Of a stretch of 64,000 nt of DNA, positions 21,113 to 37,497 are shown one piece after another. Positions within the stretch are counted from its first letter, which is position 1; each line of letters starts with the position of its first letter. The notes under the pieces are model-generated. The model had not been told where the DNA came from. It made no database searches and worked only from the letters and a program-made list of their open reading frames with translations. The DNA is from Escherichia coli. Its GTDB lineage: Bacteria > Pseudomonadota > Gammaproteobacteria > Enterobacterales > Enterobacteriaceae. The stretch is taken from NCBI RefSeq assembly GCF_003334385.1, contig NZ_QOWN01000017.1. One strand, given 5' to 3'. The translations under genes were made by a program, and so were the position numbers.

Positions 21113-23105
21113 ATGTTTAGGTTGAACCCTTTCGTACGGGTCGGGCTGTGTTTGTCCGCTATTTCTTGTGCATGGCCTGTGTTAGCGGTCGATGATGATG
21201 GCGAAACGATGGTTGTCACTGCATCTTCCGTGGAACAAAATCTTAAAGATGCACCTGCCAGTATCAGCGTCATTACCCAGGAAGACCTGCAGCGAAAACC
21301 GGTACAGAATCTGAAGGATGTCCTCAAAGAAGTGCCTGGCGTACAACTGACGAACGAAGGGGATAACCGTAAGGGCGTTAGTATTCGTGGTCTGGACAGC
21401 AGCTATACCCTGATTCTCGTCGACGGTAAACGCGTGAACTCCCGCAATGCCGTCTTCCGCCACAATGATTTCGATCTGAACTGGATCCCGGTCGATTCCA
21501 TCGAACGTATTGAAGTGGTCCGTGGCCCGATGTCGTCGCTGTACGGTTCCGATGCGCTCGGCGGTGTAGTGAATATCATCACCAAAAAAATCGGTCAGAA
21601 ATGGTCGGGTACCGTTACCGTCGATACCACCATTCAGGAACATCGCGATCGCGGTGACACCTATAACGGTCAGTTCTTTACCAGTGGACCATTAATTGAT
21701 GGTGTGCTGGGAATGAAAGCTTACGGCAGCCTGGCAAAACGTGAAAAGGATGACCCGCAAAACTCAACGACCACCGATACCGGAGAAACGCCGCGTATTG
21801 AAGGATTCTCCAGCCGCGACGGCAATGTCGAATTTGCCTGGACACCGAATCAAAATCACGATTTTACTGCCGGATACGGTTTCGACCGTCAGGATCGTGA
21901 TTCCGACTCGCTGGACAAAAACCGCCTGGAACGCCAGAACTACTCCGTCAGCCATAATGGGCGTTGGGATTACGGCACCAGCGAACTGAAATACTACGGT
22001 GAGAAAGTCGAGAACAAAAACCCTGGCAACAGCAGCCCGATAACTTCCGAAAGCAATACGGTCGACGGCAAATACACGTTGCCGCTGACGGCGATTAATC
22101 AGTTTCTCACGGTTGGCGGTGAATGGCGTCACGACAAACTTAGCGATGCGGTGAACCTGACCGGGGGAACCAGCTCCAAAACGTCTGCCAGCCAGTACGC
22201 GCTGTTTGTGGAAGATGAATGGCGGATCTTCGAGCCGCTGGCGCTGACGACCGGCGTGCGTATGGACGATCACGAAACCTACGGTGAACACTGGAGTCCG
22301 CGTGCCTACCTGGTTTTATAACGCCACCGACACCGTAACGGTGAAAGGGGGCTGGGCGACGGCATTTAAAGCACCTTCTCTGTTGCAACTTAGCCCTGAC
22401 TGGACGAGCAATTCCTGCCGTGGCGCATGTAAGATTGTGGGTAGCCCGGATCTGAAACCAGAAACCAGCGAAAGTTGGGAGCTGGGGCTTTACTACATGG
22501 GTGAAGAAGGCTGGCTGGAAGGGGTTGAATCCAGCGTTACCGTTTTCCGTAACGATGTGAAAGATCGTATCAGCATCAGCCGTACGTCTGACGTCAACGC
22601 TGCACCGGGCTACCAAAACTTTGTTGGTTTTGAGACGGGCGCTAACGGACGGCGCATACCGGTATTTAGCTACTACAACGTTAACAAAGCTCGTATTCAG
22701 GGCGTGGAAACCGAACTGAAAATTCCGTTCAACGATGAATGGAAACTGTCGATCAACTACACCTACAACGATGGTCGTGATGTCAGCAACGGCGAAAACA
22801 AACCGCTATCCGATCTGCCGTTCCATACTGCTAACGGTACGCTGGACTGGAAACCGCTGGCGCTGGAAGACTGGTCATTCTATGTTTCTGGGCACTATAC
22901 CGGGCAGAAACGCGCCGACAGCGCGACGGCTAAAACACCGGGCGGTTATACCATCTGGAATACCGGCGCGGCCTGGCAGGTGACTAAAGACGTCAAACTG
23001 CGCGCAGGCGTGCTGAACCTTGGCGACAAGGATCTCAGTCGTGACGACTACAGCTATAACGAAGACGGACGTCGTTACTTTATGGCAGTGGATTATCGCT
23101 TCTGA
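21113..23105 (+). pseudogene. cirA: cirA (catecholate siderophore / colicin I receptor) interrupted by +1 frameshift in a T-run
   Basis: Two track ORFs (21113..22321 and 22284..23105) in different frames together cover full-length CirA; span is 1993 nt (1992 + 1); ctggTTTTataac at 22311..22321 creates in-frame TAA. Confidence 0.8.
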
Positions 23106-23136
23106 TGAGAAGATGCCCGGCGAACCGGGCGGACTT

Positions 23137-24006
<870 letters not shown>

Positions 24007-24230
24007 TCATCATACCGTTTATTCAATGTGCTGTGAGTAACTTTCACTTCCGTATTTGCATAACGATGTTTTAACATCTGCTGATGAAAGGCAGCGGCAA
24101 TTACAATAATTATCGCTGTGAATACTGGATTATGTGCGCCGCCTCACGCACAATAATCAGGCTGTAAATCAGCTTAATAACTTTGCCCCCACGCAGGGCG
24201 GAGGCGTCACACCTGCAGGAGAAATCATAA

Positions 24231-24899
24231 ATGCCATCACTCAGTAAAGAAGCGGCCCTGGTTCATGAAGCGTTAGTTGCGCGAGGACTGGAAACACCGC
24301 TGCGCCCGCCCGTGCATGAAATGGATAACGAAACGCGCAAAAGCCTTATTGCTGGTCATATGACCGAAATCATGCAGCTGCTGAATCTCGACTTGGCTGA
24401 TGACAGTTTGATGGAAACGCCGCATCGCATCGCTAAAATGTATGTCGATGAAATTTTCTCCGGTCTGGATTACGCCAATTTCCCGAAAATCACCCTCATT
24501 GAAAACAAAATGAAGGTCGATGAAATGGTCACCGTGCGCGATATCACTCTGACCAGCACCTGTGAACACCATTTTGTTACCATCGATGGCAAAGCGACGG
24601 TGGCCTATATCCCGAAAGATTCGGTGATCGGTCTGTCAAAAATTAACCGCATTGTGCAGTTCTTTGCCCAGCGTCCGCAGGTGCAGGAACGTCTGACGCA
24701 GCAAATTCTTATTGCGCTACAAACGCTGCTGGGCACCAATAACGTGGCTGTCTCGATCGACGCGGTGCATTACTGCGTGAAGGCGCGTGGCATCCGCGAT
24801 GCAACCAGTGCCACGACAACGACCTCTCTTGGTGGATTGTTCAAATCCAGTCAGAATACGCGCCACGAGTTTCTGCGCGCTGTGCGTCATCACAACTGA
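24231..24899 (+). CDS. folE: GTP cyclohydrolase I
   Basis: 222-aa ORF matching FolE. Confidence 0.95.
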
Positions 24900-24915
24900 T
24901 TAAAAGGCAGGAACC

Positions 24916-26073
24916 ATGGAGCGCAACGTCACGCTCGATTTTGTTCGCGGCGTCGCCATTCTGGGGATCCTGCTATTAAACATCAGCGCCTTTGGGCTAC
25001 CAAAGGCGGCTTATCTCAATCCCGCCTGGTACGGTGCTATTACGCCGCGGGATGCATGGACTTGGGCATTTCTTGATCTCATCGGCCAGGTGAAATTCCT
25101 CACGCTTTTTGCGCTACTGTTTGGTGCGGGCCTGCAAATGTTGCTGCCCCGTGGCAGACGCTGGATCCAGTCGCGGTTAACGCTGTTAGTCTTGTTGGGC
25201 TTTATTCACGGTTTATTGTTCTGGGACGGCGATATTTTGCTGGCTTACGGGCTGGTGGGCTTAATCTGCTGGCGGCTGGTGCGCGATGCGCCATCGGTAA
25301 AAAGCCTGTTTAATACAGGCGTCATGCTTTATCTGGTGGGGCTTGGCGTTTTGCTGTTATTGGGGCTGATTTCCGACAGCCAGACCAGCCGCGCCTGGAC
25401 GCCGGATGCATCGGCTATTTTGTATGAAAAATACTGGAAGCTTCACGGCGGCGTTGAAGCGATCAGTAATCGTGCCGATGGTGTTGGCAACAGTTTACTG
25501 GCACTGGGCGCACAGTATGGCTGGCAACTGGCAGGGATGATGCTCATTGGTGCGGCGCTGATGCGCAGCGGCTGGCTGAAAGGGCAGTTCAGCTTACGTC
25601 ACTATCGTCGTACTGGTTTTGTGCTGGTGGCGATTGGGGTGACCATTAACCTTCCTGCCATCGCCCTGCAATGGCAGCTGGACTGGGCGTATCGCTGGTG
25701 TGCCTTCTTACTTCAAATGCCGCGGGAACTGAGTGCGCCGTTTCAGGCGATTGGCTATGCGTCGCTGTTTTATGGCTTCTGGCCGCAATTGAGCCGCTTT
25801 AAGCTGGTGCTTGCGATCGCCTGCGTCGGACGGATGGCGCTGACCAACTATCTATTGCAAACGCTGATTTGTACCACGCTTTTTTACCACCTCGGTTTGT
25901 TTATGCATTTTGACCGCCTGGAGCTGCTGGCGTTTGTTATTCCGGTATGGCTGGCGAATATCCTCTTCTCTGTTATCTGGCTGCGTTACTTCCGCCAGGG
26001 GCCGGTGGAATGGCTCTGGCGTCAGTTAACTTTGCGTGCTGCCGGACCGGCAATATCTAAAACATCAAGATAA
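24916..26073 (+). CDS. yeiB: Inner membrane protein YeiB (DUF418)
   Basis: 385-aa polytopic ORF, 16 nt after folE. Confidence 0.9.
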   Translation: MERNVTLDFVRGVAILGILLLNISAFGLPKAAYLNPAWYGAITPRDAWTWAFLDLIGQVKFLTLFALLFGAGLQMLLPRGRRWIQSRLTLLVLLGFIHGLLFWDGDILLAYGLVGLICWRLVRDAPSVKSLFNTGVMLYLVGLGVLLLLGLISDSQTSRAWTPDASAILYEKYWKLHGGVEAISNRADGVGNSLLALGAQYGWQLAGMMLIGAALMRSGWLKGQFSLRHYRRTGFVLVAIGVTINLPAIALQWQLDWAYRWCAFLLQMPRELSAPFQAIGYASLFYGFWPQLSRFKLVLAIACVGRMALTNYLLQTLICTTLFYHLGLFMHFDRLELLAFVIPVWLANILFSVIWLRYFRQGPVEWLWRQLTLRAAGPAISKTSR

Positions 26074-26103
26074 CGATCTGGATCACATTCGTTAACAAAA
26101 CGG

Positions 26104-26139
26104 CTGTAACCGTTTCCATTGCTGTGACTCGATTCACGA
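26104..26139 (+). promoter_or_regulatory. galS promoter: gal operator plus CRP site
   Basis: cTGTAACCGTTTCCAt fits the GalR/GalS operator consensus GTGKAANCGNTTNCAC; TGTGActcgatTCACg is a CRP-type site. Confidence 0.65.
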
Positions 26140-26214
26140 AGTCCAGTATTCAGTGCTGACAAAATAGCCGCCAGCAAGCAGTCATTTACTGCAATCTCAT
26201 AACAGGTAGTGAAT

Positions 26215-27255
26215 ATGATCACCATTCGTGATGTAGCGCGTCAGGCTGGCGTCTCTGTGGCAACGGTTTCCCGGGTGCTCAATAACAGCACGCTGGTCAG
26301 TGCCGACACGCGTGAAGCAGTAATGAAAGCCGTGAGTGAGCTGGATTATCGGCCAAACGCCAATGCCCAGGCGCTGGCAACTCAGGTTAGCGACACCATT
26401 GGCGTGGTGGTGATGGACGTTTCTGATGCGTTTTTCGGCGCGCTGGTAAAAGCGGTGGATCTGGTCGCTCAGCAGCATCAGAAATACGTGCTAATCGGCA
26501 ATAGCTATCATGAAGCGGAAAAAGAGCGTCACGCCATTGAGGTGTTAATTCGCCAGCGTTGTAATGCGTTGATTGTTCACTCAAAAGCATTGAGTGACGA
26601 TGAACTGGCGCAATTTATGGATAACATTCCCGGTATGGTGTTAATCAACCGCGTTGTGCCGGGGTACGCCCATCGTTGCGTTTGCCTGGATAATCTCAGC
26701 GGTGCCCGAATGGCGACGCGCATGTTGCTGAATAACGGTCATCAACGTATTGGTTATCTTTCTTCCAGCCACGGCATTGAAGATGACGCCATGCGTAAAG
26801 CAGGCTGGATGAGTGCGTTGAAAGAGCAGGATATTATTCCGCCGGAAAGCTGGATTGGCGCTGGTACGCCGGACATGCCGGGCGGTGAGGCGGCGATGGT
26901 TGAACTGCTGGGGCGCAATCTACAACTTACCGCTGTATTTGCTTATAACGACAATATGGCCGCTGGCGCACTGACAGCATTAAAAGATAATGGCATTGCG
27001 ATTCCGTTACATCTCTCAATCATCGGTTTCGATGATATTCCCATCGCCCGTTACACCGACCCGCAATTAACGACCGTGCGTTATCCCATTGCTTCAATGG
27101 CGAAATTAGCCACCGAACTGGCCTTGCAGGGGGCAGCAGGCAATATTGATCCTCGTGCCAGCCACTGTTTTATGCCGACGTTAGTGCGTCGCCATTCTGT
27201 CGCAACACGCCAGAATGCGGCGGCGATCACTAACTCAACAAATCAGGCGATGTAA
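26215..27255 (+). CDS. galS: GalS, LacI-family mgl/gal isorepressor (346 aa)
   Basis: Start at ATG 26215 ([24 protein letters not shown]), 6 nt inside the track ORF. Confidence 0.93.
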
Positions 27256-27283
27256 CCGCTTTCAATCTGTGAGTGATTTCACA
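27250..27283 (+). promoter_or_regulatory. mglBAC promoter: gal operator plus CRP site
   Basis: aTGTAACCGCTTTCAa operator-like dyad overlapping the galS stop, then TGTGAGTGATTTCACA (perfect CRP half-sites). Confidence 0.7.
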
Positions 27284-27534
27284 GTATCTTAACAATGTGA
27301 TAGCTATGATTGCACCGTTTTAACGTTGTAACCCGTATGTAACAGTGAATAATCACTTTTGCCGAGGTAACAGCGTCATAACAACAATTAAAGCCGTTTT
27401 CTGGAGCGTTACCGGGCATGGAAGAACGAATTTTAAAAAGTGAGCTTCGGCGTTCAGTAACACTTCATTAACTCTACTGCCCCGCCGAGCATTTATCTCA
27501 AGCACTACCCTGCATAAGAAAAACCGGAGATACC

Positions 27535-28533
27535 ATGAATAAGAAGGTGTTAACCCTGTCTGCTGTGATGGCCAGCATGTTATTCGGTGCCGCTGCACAC
27601 GCTGCTGATACTCGCATTGGTGTAACAATCTATAAGTACGACGATAACTTTATGTCTGTAGTGCGCAAGGCTATTGAGCAAGATGCGAAAGCCGCGCCAG
27701 ATGTTCAGCTGCTGATGAATGATTCTCAGAATGACCAGTCCAAGCAGAACGATCAGATCGACGTATTGCTGGCGAAAGGGGTGAAGGCACTGGCAATCAA
27801 CCTGGTTGACCCGGCAGCTGCGGGTACGGTGATTGAGAAAGCGCGTGGGCAAAACGTGCCGGTGGTTTTCTTCAACAAAGAACCGTCTCGTAAGGCGCTG
27901 GATAGCTACGACAAAGCCTACTACGTTGGCACTGACTCCAAAGAGTCCGGCATTATTCAAGGCGATTTGATTGCTAAACACTGGGCGGCGAATCAGGGTT
28001 GGGATCTGAACAAAGACGGTCAGATTCAGTTCGTACTGCTGAAAGGTGAACCGGGCCATCCGGATGCAGAAGCACGTACCACTTACGTGATTAAAGAATT
28101 GAACGATAAAGGCATCAAAACTGAACAGTTACAGTTAGATACCGCAATGTGGGACACCGCTCAGGCGAAAGATAAGATGGACGCCTGGCTGTCTGGCCCG
28201 AACGCCAACAAAATCGAAGTGGTTATCGCCAACAACGATGCGATGGCAATGGGCGCGGTTGAAGCGCTGAAAGCACACAACAAGTCCAGCATTCCGGTGT
28301 TTGGCGTCGATGCGCTGCCAGAAGCGCTGGCGCTGGTGAAATCCGGTGCACTGGCGGGCACCGTACTGAACGATGCTAACAACCAGGCGAAAGCGACCTT
28401 TGATCTGGCGAAAAACCTGGCCGATGGTAAAGGTGCGGCTGATGGCACCAACTGGAAAATCGACAACAAAGTGGTCCGCGTACCTTATGTTGGCGTAGAT
28501 AAAGACAACCTGGCTGAATTCAGCAAGAAATAA
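27535..28533 (+). CDS. mglB: Galactose/methyl-galactoside ABC transporter periplasmic binding protein
   Basis: 332-aa ORF with signal peptide. Confidence 0.95.
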   Translation: MNKKVLTLSAVMASMLFGAAAHAADTRIGVTIYKYDDNFMSVVRKAIEQDAKAAPDVQLLMNDSQNDQSKQNDQIDVLLAKGVKALAINLVDPAAAGTVIEKARGQNVPVVFFNKEPSRKALDSYDKAYYVGTDSKESGIIQGDLIAKHWAANQGWDLNKDGQIQFVLLKGEPGHPDAEARTTYVIKELNDKGIKTEQLQLDTAMWDTAQAKDKMDAWLSGPNANKIEVVIANNDAMAMGAVEALKAHNKSSIPVFGVDALPEALALVKSGALAGTVLNDANNQAKATFDLAKNLADGKGAADGTNWKIDNKVVRVPYVGVDKDNLAEFSKK

Positions 28534-28593
28534 GACTGATTGGGCGCAGTCTATTACTGCGCCCTTATTGTATGGCCAACAAGGTAAAATTAT

Positions 28594-30114
28594 ATGGTCA
28601 GCTCAACGACTCCGTCCTCCGGGGAATACTTGTTGGAAATGAGCGGTATCAACAAGTCCTTTCCTGGTGTTAAGGCACTTGATAACGTTAATTTAAAAGT
28701 CCGGCCACATTCTATCCATGCATTAATGGGGGAAAACGGTGCAGGAAAATCGACATTATTAAAATGCCTGTTTGGTATTTATCAAAAAGACTCCGGCACC
28801 ATTTTATTCCAGGGTAAAGAGATCGATTTCCATTCTGCAAAAGAAGCCCTGGAAAATGGTATTTCGATGGTACACCAGGAGTTAAACCTGGTATTACAAC
28901 GTTCGGTGATGGATAACATGTGGCTGGGGCGATATCCCACCAAAGGCATGTTTGTCGATCAGGACAAAATGTACCGCGAAACCAAAGCGATTTTTGACGA
29001 ACTGGATATTGATATCGATCCGCGTGCGCGCGTCGGCACATTATCCGTTTCGCAAATGCAGATGATCGAAATCGCCAAAGCGTTTTCCTATAACGCGAAA
29101 ATTGTGATTATGGATGAACCGACTTCTTCGTTAACCGAAAAAGAGGTCAATCATCTGTTCACTATTATTCGTAAATTAAAAGAGCGCGGCTGCGGTATTG
29201 TTTATATCTCGCATAAAATGGAAGAAATCTTCCAGTTATGTGATGAAGTTACCGTATTGCGCGACGGTCAGTGGATCGCCACCGAACCGCTGGCAGGACT
29301 GACGATGGACAAGATCATCGCCATGATGGTTGGGCGTTCTCTTAACCAGCGTTTCCCTGACAAAGAAAACAAACCGGGCGAAGTCATCCTCGAGGTACGT
29401 AACCTGACGTCTCTGCGCCAGCCGTCGATTCGCGATGTCTCGTTTGATCTGCATAAAGGGGAGATCCTCGGTATTGCCGGTCTGGTGGGGGCGAAACGTA
29501 CCGATATTGTTGAGACGTTATTTGGTATTCGCGAGAAATCGGCTGGCACCATAACGTTGCACGGCAAACAGATCAATAACCATAATGCCAACGAAGCCAT
29601 AAACCATGGATTTGCACTGGTAACTGAGGAGCGCCGCTCAACGGGAATTTATGCCTATCTGGATATTGGTTTTAACTCGTTAATTTCCAATATTCGCAAC
29701 TACAAAAATAAAGTTGGTTTACTGGATAACTCGCGGATGAAAAGCGATACCCAGTGGGTGATTGATTCGATGCGGGTAAAAACGCCGGGTCATCGGACGC
29801 AAATTGGTTCGCTCTCCGGTGGTAATCAGCAAAAGGTGATTATTGGTCGCTGGCTACTAACGCAACCAGAAATATTAATGCTCGATGAACCGACGCGCGG
29901 TATTGATGTCGGGGCGAAGTTTGAAATTTATCAGTTAATTGCCGAACTGGCGAAGAAAGGCAAGGGGATTATTATTATCTCCTCTGAAATGCCTGAGTTG
30001 TTAGGGATAACAGACCGTATTCTGGTCATGAGCAATGGTCTCGTTTCCGGAATTGTCGATACAAAAACAACAACGCAAAACGAAATTCTGCGTCTTGCGT
30101 CTTTGCACCTTTAA
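28594..30114 (+). CDS. mglA: Galactose ABC transporter ATP-binding protein (duplicated ABC domains)
   Basis: 506-aa ORF; two Walker A sites (GENGAGKST; second degenerate). Confidence 0.95.
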
Positions 30115-30129
30115 GATTAGGGGCTTCCC

Positions 30130-31140
30130 ATGAGTGCGTTAAATAAGAAAAGTTTTCTTACTTACCTGAAAGAGGGCGGTATTTACGTCGTTCTTTTAGT
30201 TTTGCTGGCGATTATTATTTTCCAGGACCCAACATTTTTAAGTCTGTTGAACTTAAGTAATATTCTCACCCAGTCATCGGTGCGTATTATTATCGCGCTC
30301 GGTGTGGCAGGGTTAATTGTCACCCAGGGGACCGATCTTTCTGCTGGTCGTCAGGTAGGGCTGGCGGCAGTGGTGGCTGCGACATTATTGCAGTCCATGG
30401 ATAACGCCAACAAAGTGTTCCCGGAAATGGCGACGATGCCGATTGCGCTGGTTATTCTGATTGTCTGTGCCATTGGTGCGGTGATCGGTTTGATCAACGG
30501 TCTGATTATCGCTTATCTCAACGTGACGCCGTTCATTACCACGCTCGGCACGATGATCATCGTCTATGGCATCAACTCGCTCTATTACGACTTTGTCGGG
30601 GCGTCGCCAATTTCTGGTTTTGACAGTGGCTTCTCTACCTTTGCTCAGGGCTTTGTCGCGCTGGGGAGTTTCCGTCTCTCTTACATCACCTTCTACGCGT
30701 TGATTGCGGTGGCGTTCGTCTGGGTGTTGTGGAACAAAACCCGCTTCGGTAAGAACATTTTTGCCATTGGCGGTAACCCGGAAGCGGCAAAAGTATCTGG
30801 TGTCAACGTCGGCCTGAACCTGCTGATGATCTACGCGTTGTCTGGCGTGTTCTATGCCTTTGGCGGGATGTTAGAAGCCGGACGTATCGGCTCTGCCACC
30901 AACAACCTCGGCTTTATGTATGAGCTGGATGCTATCGCGGCGTGCGTGGTAGGCGGTGTATCGTTCAGCGGCGGTGTGGGGACGGTGATTGGCGTGGTGA
31001 CCGGGGTAATTATTTTTACCGTCATCAACTATGGCCTGACGTATATCGGCGTAAACCCATACTGGCAGTACATCATCAAAGGGGCGATTATTATCTTCGC
31101 CGTAGCGCTGGATTCACTGAAATACGCGCGTAAGAAATGA
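30130..31140 (+). CDS. mglC: Galactose ABC transporter permease
   Basis: 336-aa polytopic ORF. Confidence 0.95.
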   Translation: MSALNKKSFLTYLKEGGIYVVLLVLLAIIIFQDPTFLSLLNLSNILTQSSVRIIIALGVAGLIVTQGTDLSAGRQVGLAAVVAATLLQSMDNANKVFPEMATMPIALVILIVCAIGAVIGLINGLIIAYLNVTPFITTLGTMIIVYGINSLYYDFVGASPISGFDSGFSTFAQGFVALGSFRLSYITFYALIAVAFVWVLWNKTRFGKNIFAIGGNPEAAKVSGVNVGLNLLMIYALSGVFYAFGGMLEAGRIGSATNNLGFMYELDAIAACVVGGVSFSGGVGTVIGVVTGVIIFTVINYGLTYIGVNPYWQYIIKGAIIIFAVALDSLKYARKK

Positions 31141-31189
31141 TGTGAATGTGGTCCGCATTCGGTCATAAACGCACATAACATCATGATCT

Positions 31190-31378
31190 GTGTGGTTTTG
31201 TAGGCCGGATAAGGCGTTCACGCCGCATCCGGCAACAGGAGCCAAATGCCGGATGCAACGCTGGCGCGTTTTATCCGGCCTACAATAAGCTCAACATACT
31301 GATTTGTATGGTTTTGTAGGCCGGATAAGGCGTTCAAGCCGCATCCGGCGACAGGAACCAAATGCCGGATGCGTCTCT
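31190..31378. repeat. BIME cluster (multiple REP units)
   Basis: Two near-identical ~90-bp units each containing tgtaggccggataaggcgttca(c/a)gccgcatccggc, between convergent mglC and preA. Confidence 0.9.
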
Positions 31379-31382
31379 GGTT

Positions 31383-32618
31383 TTACAACGTTACCGGGTG
31401 TTCTTTCTCGCCTTTCTTAAACTTCACTTCCCCGAGCTCAATACAACCCACCGGGCAGACGTGACCACAAAGCAGACAACCCACACATTTCTCGGTATTA
31501 CAATGCGGTGTGCGGGTTTTCTCGCTCCATTCCATCGCCTGGTGACCGCCGTCGTAACAGGAAATATAACAGCGTCCACAGCCAACACATTTATCAAGAT
31601 TGATACGGGGATAGACAATATAACTGCGGTCTAAATCTTCCGCCGGGACAATATTGTTATTCGCCAGACCTACCATCTCCTGCAGCGAATCAAATCCCTG
31701 ATCGGCGAGATAATGCGACAACCCGCTTGCCATATCTTCCACTATCCGATACCCGTACTGCATGATGCCGGTGGTCACCTGTAACGTTGCTGCGCCGAGC
31801 AATAAAAACTCAGCCGCATCCTCCCAGGTTTCAATGCCGCCGATACCGCTGATTGGGAAATCGCGCAGTTCTGGATGGGTGCGCATTTGCTGAATGAAGC
31901 GCAGGGCGATCGGTTTTACCGCTTTACCGGAATATCCGGAAATACTCGATTTTCCGTTAACGATCGGCATACCGATTTTCTGATTAAGATCGATATTGGT
32001 GATGGATTTAACGGTGTTAATCGCCGCAATGCCATCTGCGCCGCCGCGCTTCGCCGCCAGCGCCACTTCGCACATATCACCGATATTCGGCGTCATCTTC
32101 GCCAGCATTGGCAGCGTGGAACCCCGTTTCACTGCCCGACAATATTTTTCTACCAGCTCCGGGCTTTGCCCGACATCGCTACCCATCGCATGAGAAGTCA
32201 TTTGCGGACAGGAGAAGTTACACTCGATCATATCCGCGCCAGCTTCTTGCACCAGGCGCGCCAGCTCCTCCCATTGCTGCTCATTTTCCCCCATGATCGA
32301 AGCGATCAATACTTTGTCCGGGTAATCTTCCTTCAGCCGACGCAGGGCGGCCAGATTCTCTTCCAACGGATGTTCAGCAATCTGCTCCATATTTTTGAAG
32401 CCGATAAAACCGGTATCTTCTTTCACCAGATGATCAAAACGCGGCGAGACTTCGTTGGCGATAAAAAAGCCGATCGTTTTAAACACCACACCGCCCCAAC
32501 CTGTGTCGTAGGCTTTGGCACACATCTCATAGCAGTTGCCTACCGGCGAAGAAGAGAGGCAGAACGGGTTGGGAAACTTCACGCCGCAAAAAGTAATCGA
32601 AAGATCTTTCGTTAACAT
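31383..32618 (-). CDS. preA: NAD-dependent dihydropyrimidine dehydrogenase subunit PreA (411 aa)
   Basis: Start trimmed to ATG ([10 protein letters not shown]...); C-terminal 4Fe-4S ferredoxin Cys clusters; overlaps preT stop. Confidence 0.93.
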   Translation of the reverse strand: MLTKDLSITFCGVKFPNPFCLSSSPVGNCYEMCAKAYDTGWGGVVFKTIGFFIANEVSPRFDHLVKEDTGFIGFKNMEQIAEHPLEENLAALRRLKEDYPDKVLIASIMGENEQQWEELARLVQEAGADMIECNFSCPQMTSHAMGSDVGQSPELVEKYCRAVKRGSTLPMLAKMTPNIGDMCEVALAAKRGGADGIAAINTVKSITNIDLNQKIGMPIVNGKSSISGYSGKAVKPIALRFIQQMRTHPELRDFPISGIGGIETWEDAAEFLLLGAATLQVTTGIMQYGYRIVEDMASGLSHYLADQGFDSLQEMVGLANNNIVPAEDLDRSYIVYPRINLDKCVGCGRCYISCYDGGHQAMEWSEKTRTPHCNTEKCVGCLLCGHVCPVGCIELGEVKFKKGEKEHPVTL

Positions 32619-33850
32619 GAGCAAGCTCCCTCTAAATAGTGATGAATCGCCTCGGCGGCTTCTTTCCCGGTTTTCACGGCATAGACCACGGTTTTGTCAC
32701 CCTCAACAATATCGCCAGCAGCAAAGACTTGCGGGTCGCGGGTCTGGTAATTTTGTGTTTTGATGGTGTTACGCTGCGGCTCTAACTCCGCAAAGGCATC
32801 TAGTCTGGCATGCTGACCGACGGCGAGAATAATTTTATCTGCCGCCATCGTCAGTTCGCCCGATAACCGTACATGCTTAAACGTGACTTTATTGCCTTCC
32901 ACGGCTACTGGCGTGAATCCATCGATGATCGAAACGCCCAGCTCCCGGGCGCTGGTAAACTCTTTTTCGCTTGCCGGAAACTCATCTAACTCTTCACGCG
33001 CTACGCAAGTTACCGCCTGACAGCCGAGAACTTTCAGCGTGCTGGCTACGTCCATCGCGACATCACCGCCGCCGATAATTAATGCGCTTTGTGGAATGCT
33101 GATATCGCCTTGCGCCTGTCGTGCACGTTGCAAGAAGTCGACGGCAATCTCAACGTCACTATGCTCAAACAGCGGTAGCCCGGAACCGCTTGATAACCCC
33201 ACGGTGACCAGTACCGCGCGGTTTTCTGCTTTCAGCTGCTCAAGGGTGAGTGTGTTACCGACTTCGTTGTTGCACTTAATGGTCACGCCCATTTTTTCAA
33301 TACGGGCGATCTCTGCATCCAGCACTGATTGCGGTAACCGGAATTGCGGAATACCGTTACGCAACCAGCCACCGGGGTGCGCTTCTTTCTCATAAATCGT
33401 GACGTCATAACCCTGGTTTGTCAGTGTCACACTGGCCTGCAATCCGGCAGGACCTGCGCCAATAATCGCGACTTTGCCGAGCGTTTTAGTACCGGGCTGA
33501 TAAATTTCCATTCCGGTTTGTTGTTCAAAATCAGTAACAAAACGCTGTAAGCGGCCGATATCAATGGGAGCATCAACACCGGCACGGGTACAACCGCTTT
33601 GGCATAATTTCTCCGTCGGGCACACTCTGGCACAAACGGCACCGAGGGCATTATTTTCGCGAATTGTCTCGGCAGCGCCTTTAAAATTACGAAAGTAGAT
33701 TGAGCGAATAAATTTCCCCGGATCGGTCTGTGCCGGGCAAGCCTGACTACAGGGAGCGTCGTGACATAATAAACAGCGAGAGGCTTCTTTAATCGCCAGT
33801 AAAGACGTAAAAGCCGGAGTGAGTTCATCCAGATAATTTTGTTGCGGCAT
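32612..33850 (-). CDS. preT: NAD-dependent dihydropyrimidine dehydrogenase subunit PreT
   Basis: 412-aa ORF; FAD/NAD Rossmann GAGPAG. Confidence 0.93.
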   Translation of the reverse strand: MPQQNYLDELTPAFTSLLAIKEASRCLLCHDAPCSQACPAQTDPGKFIRSIYFRNFKGAAETIRENNALGAVCARVCPTEKLCQSGCTRAGVDAPIDIGRLQRFVTDFEQQTGMEIYQPGTKTLGKVAIIGAGPAGLQASVTLTNQGYDVTIYEKEAHPGGWLRNGIPQFRLPQSVLDAEIARIEKMGVTIKCNNEVGNTLTLEQLKAENRAVLVTVGLSSGSGLPLFEHSDVEIAVDFLQRARQAQGDISIPQSALIIGGGDVAMDVASTLKVLGCQAVTCVAREELDEFPASEKEFTSARELGVSIIDGFTPVAVEGNKVTFKHVRLSGELTMAADKIILAVGQHARLDAFAELEPQRNTIKTQNYQTRDPQVFAAGDIVEGDKTVVYAVKTGKEAAEAIHHYLEGACSC

Positions 33851-34043
33851 GTGATCTTCCTTAATGCTATAGGTAATTAAGGCGAGCGTTTAGTAAATAA
33901 TAATGTACTGATATTAAGGCTAAGCGTGCGGGGGAATTTAAACTGTGAAAAGATTCACAAATAGCTGCGGTTAGGAATGTGATATCCGCAGCTTATCAGG
34001 TGAAGTAATAATTATTCTCAATAATTAACTGGAGAGGGGAATA

Positions 34044-36039
<1,996 letters not shown>

Positions 36040-36168
36040 GGCGTTGCCTCATAATCATGTAATGGGATAACAGTTTACGAACCCGTTGTGGCTTTATATG
36101 TGATCTGAATCTCATTAATTATGCAACGCGTGAAACATACATCAAAAATGCGCGACGCATCGCAAATT

Positions 36169-37295
<1,127 letters not shown>

Positions 37296-37497
37296 TTAAT
37301 TCGTAAAACGTGCTACCGATCACATTAAGAAATCAGCGCTTATTTTTTCGCTCCCCGGCATTACGCAATGCGCAGCGAACTCAGGCATACATCAAGCATA
37401 GAGAGGGATTGCAGTTTGCAGCAATCCCTCTTTGCAGACCTTTAATCCGCTGACCATAGGCGCTAACATAGCGCCTCATTTTTTTGCGGGTGATGAT

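Noticed and set aside
22311-22321. cirA frameshift as programmed or phase-variable slippage
   Set aside because: A 4-T run is too short for a typical contingency locus; simple mutation or sequencing error is more parsimonious.
31190-31378. Possible CRISPR array
   Set aside because: The repeats are REP/BIME palindromes with the ...gccggatg... consensus, not spacer-separated direct repeats, and no cas genes are present. No CRISPR array was found anywhere in the window.
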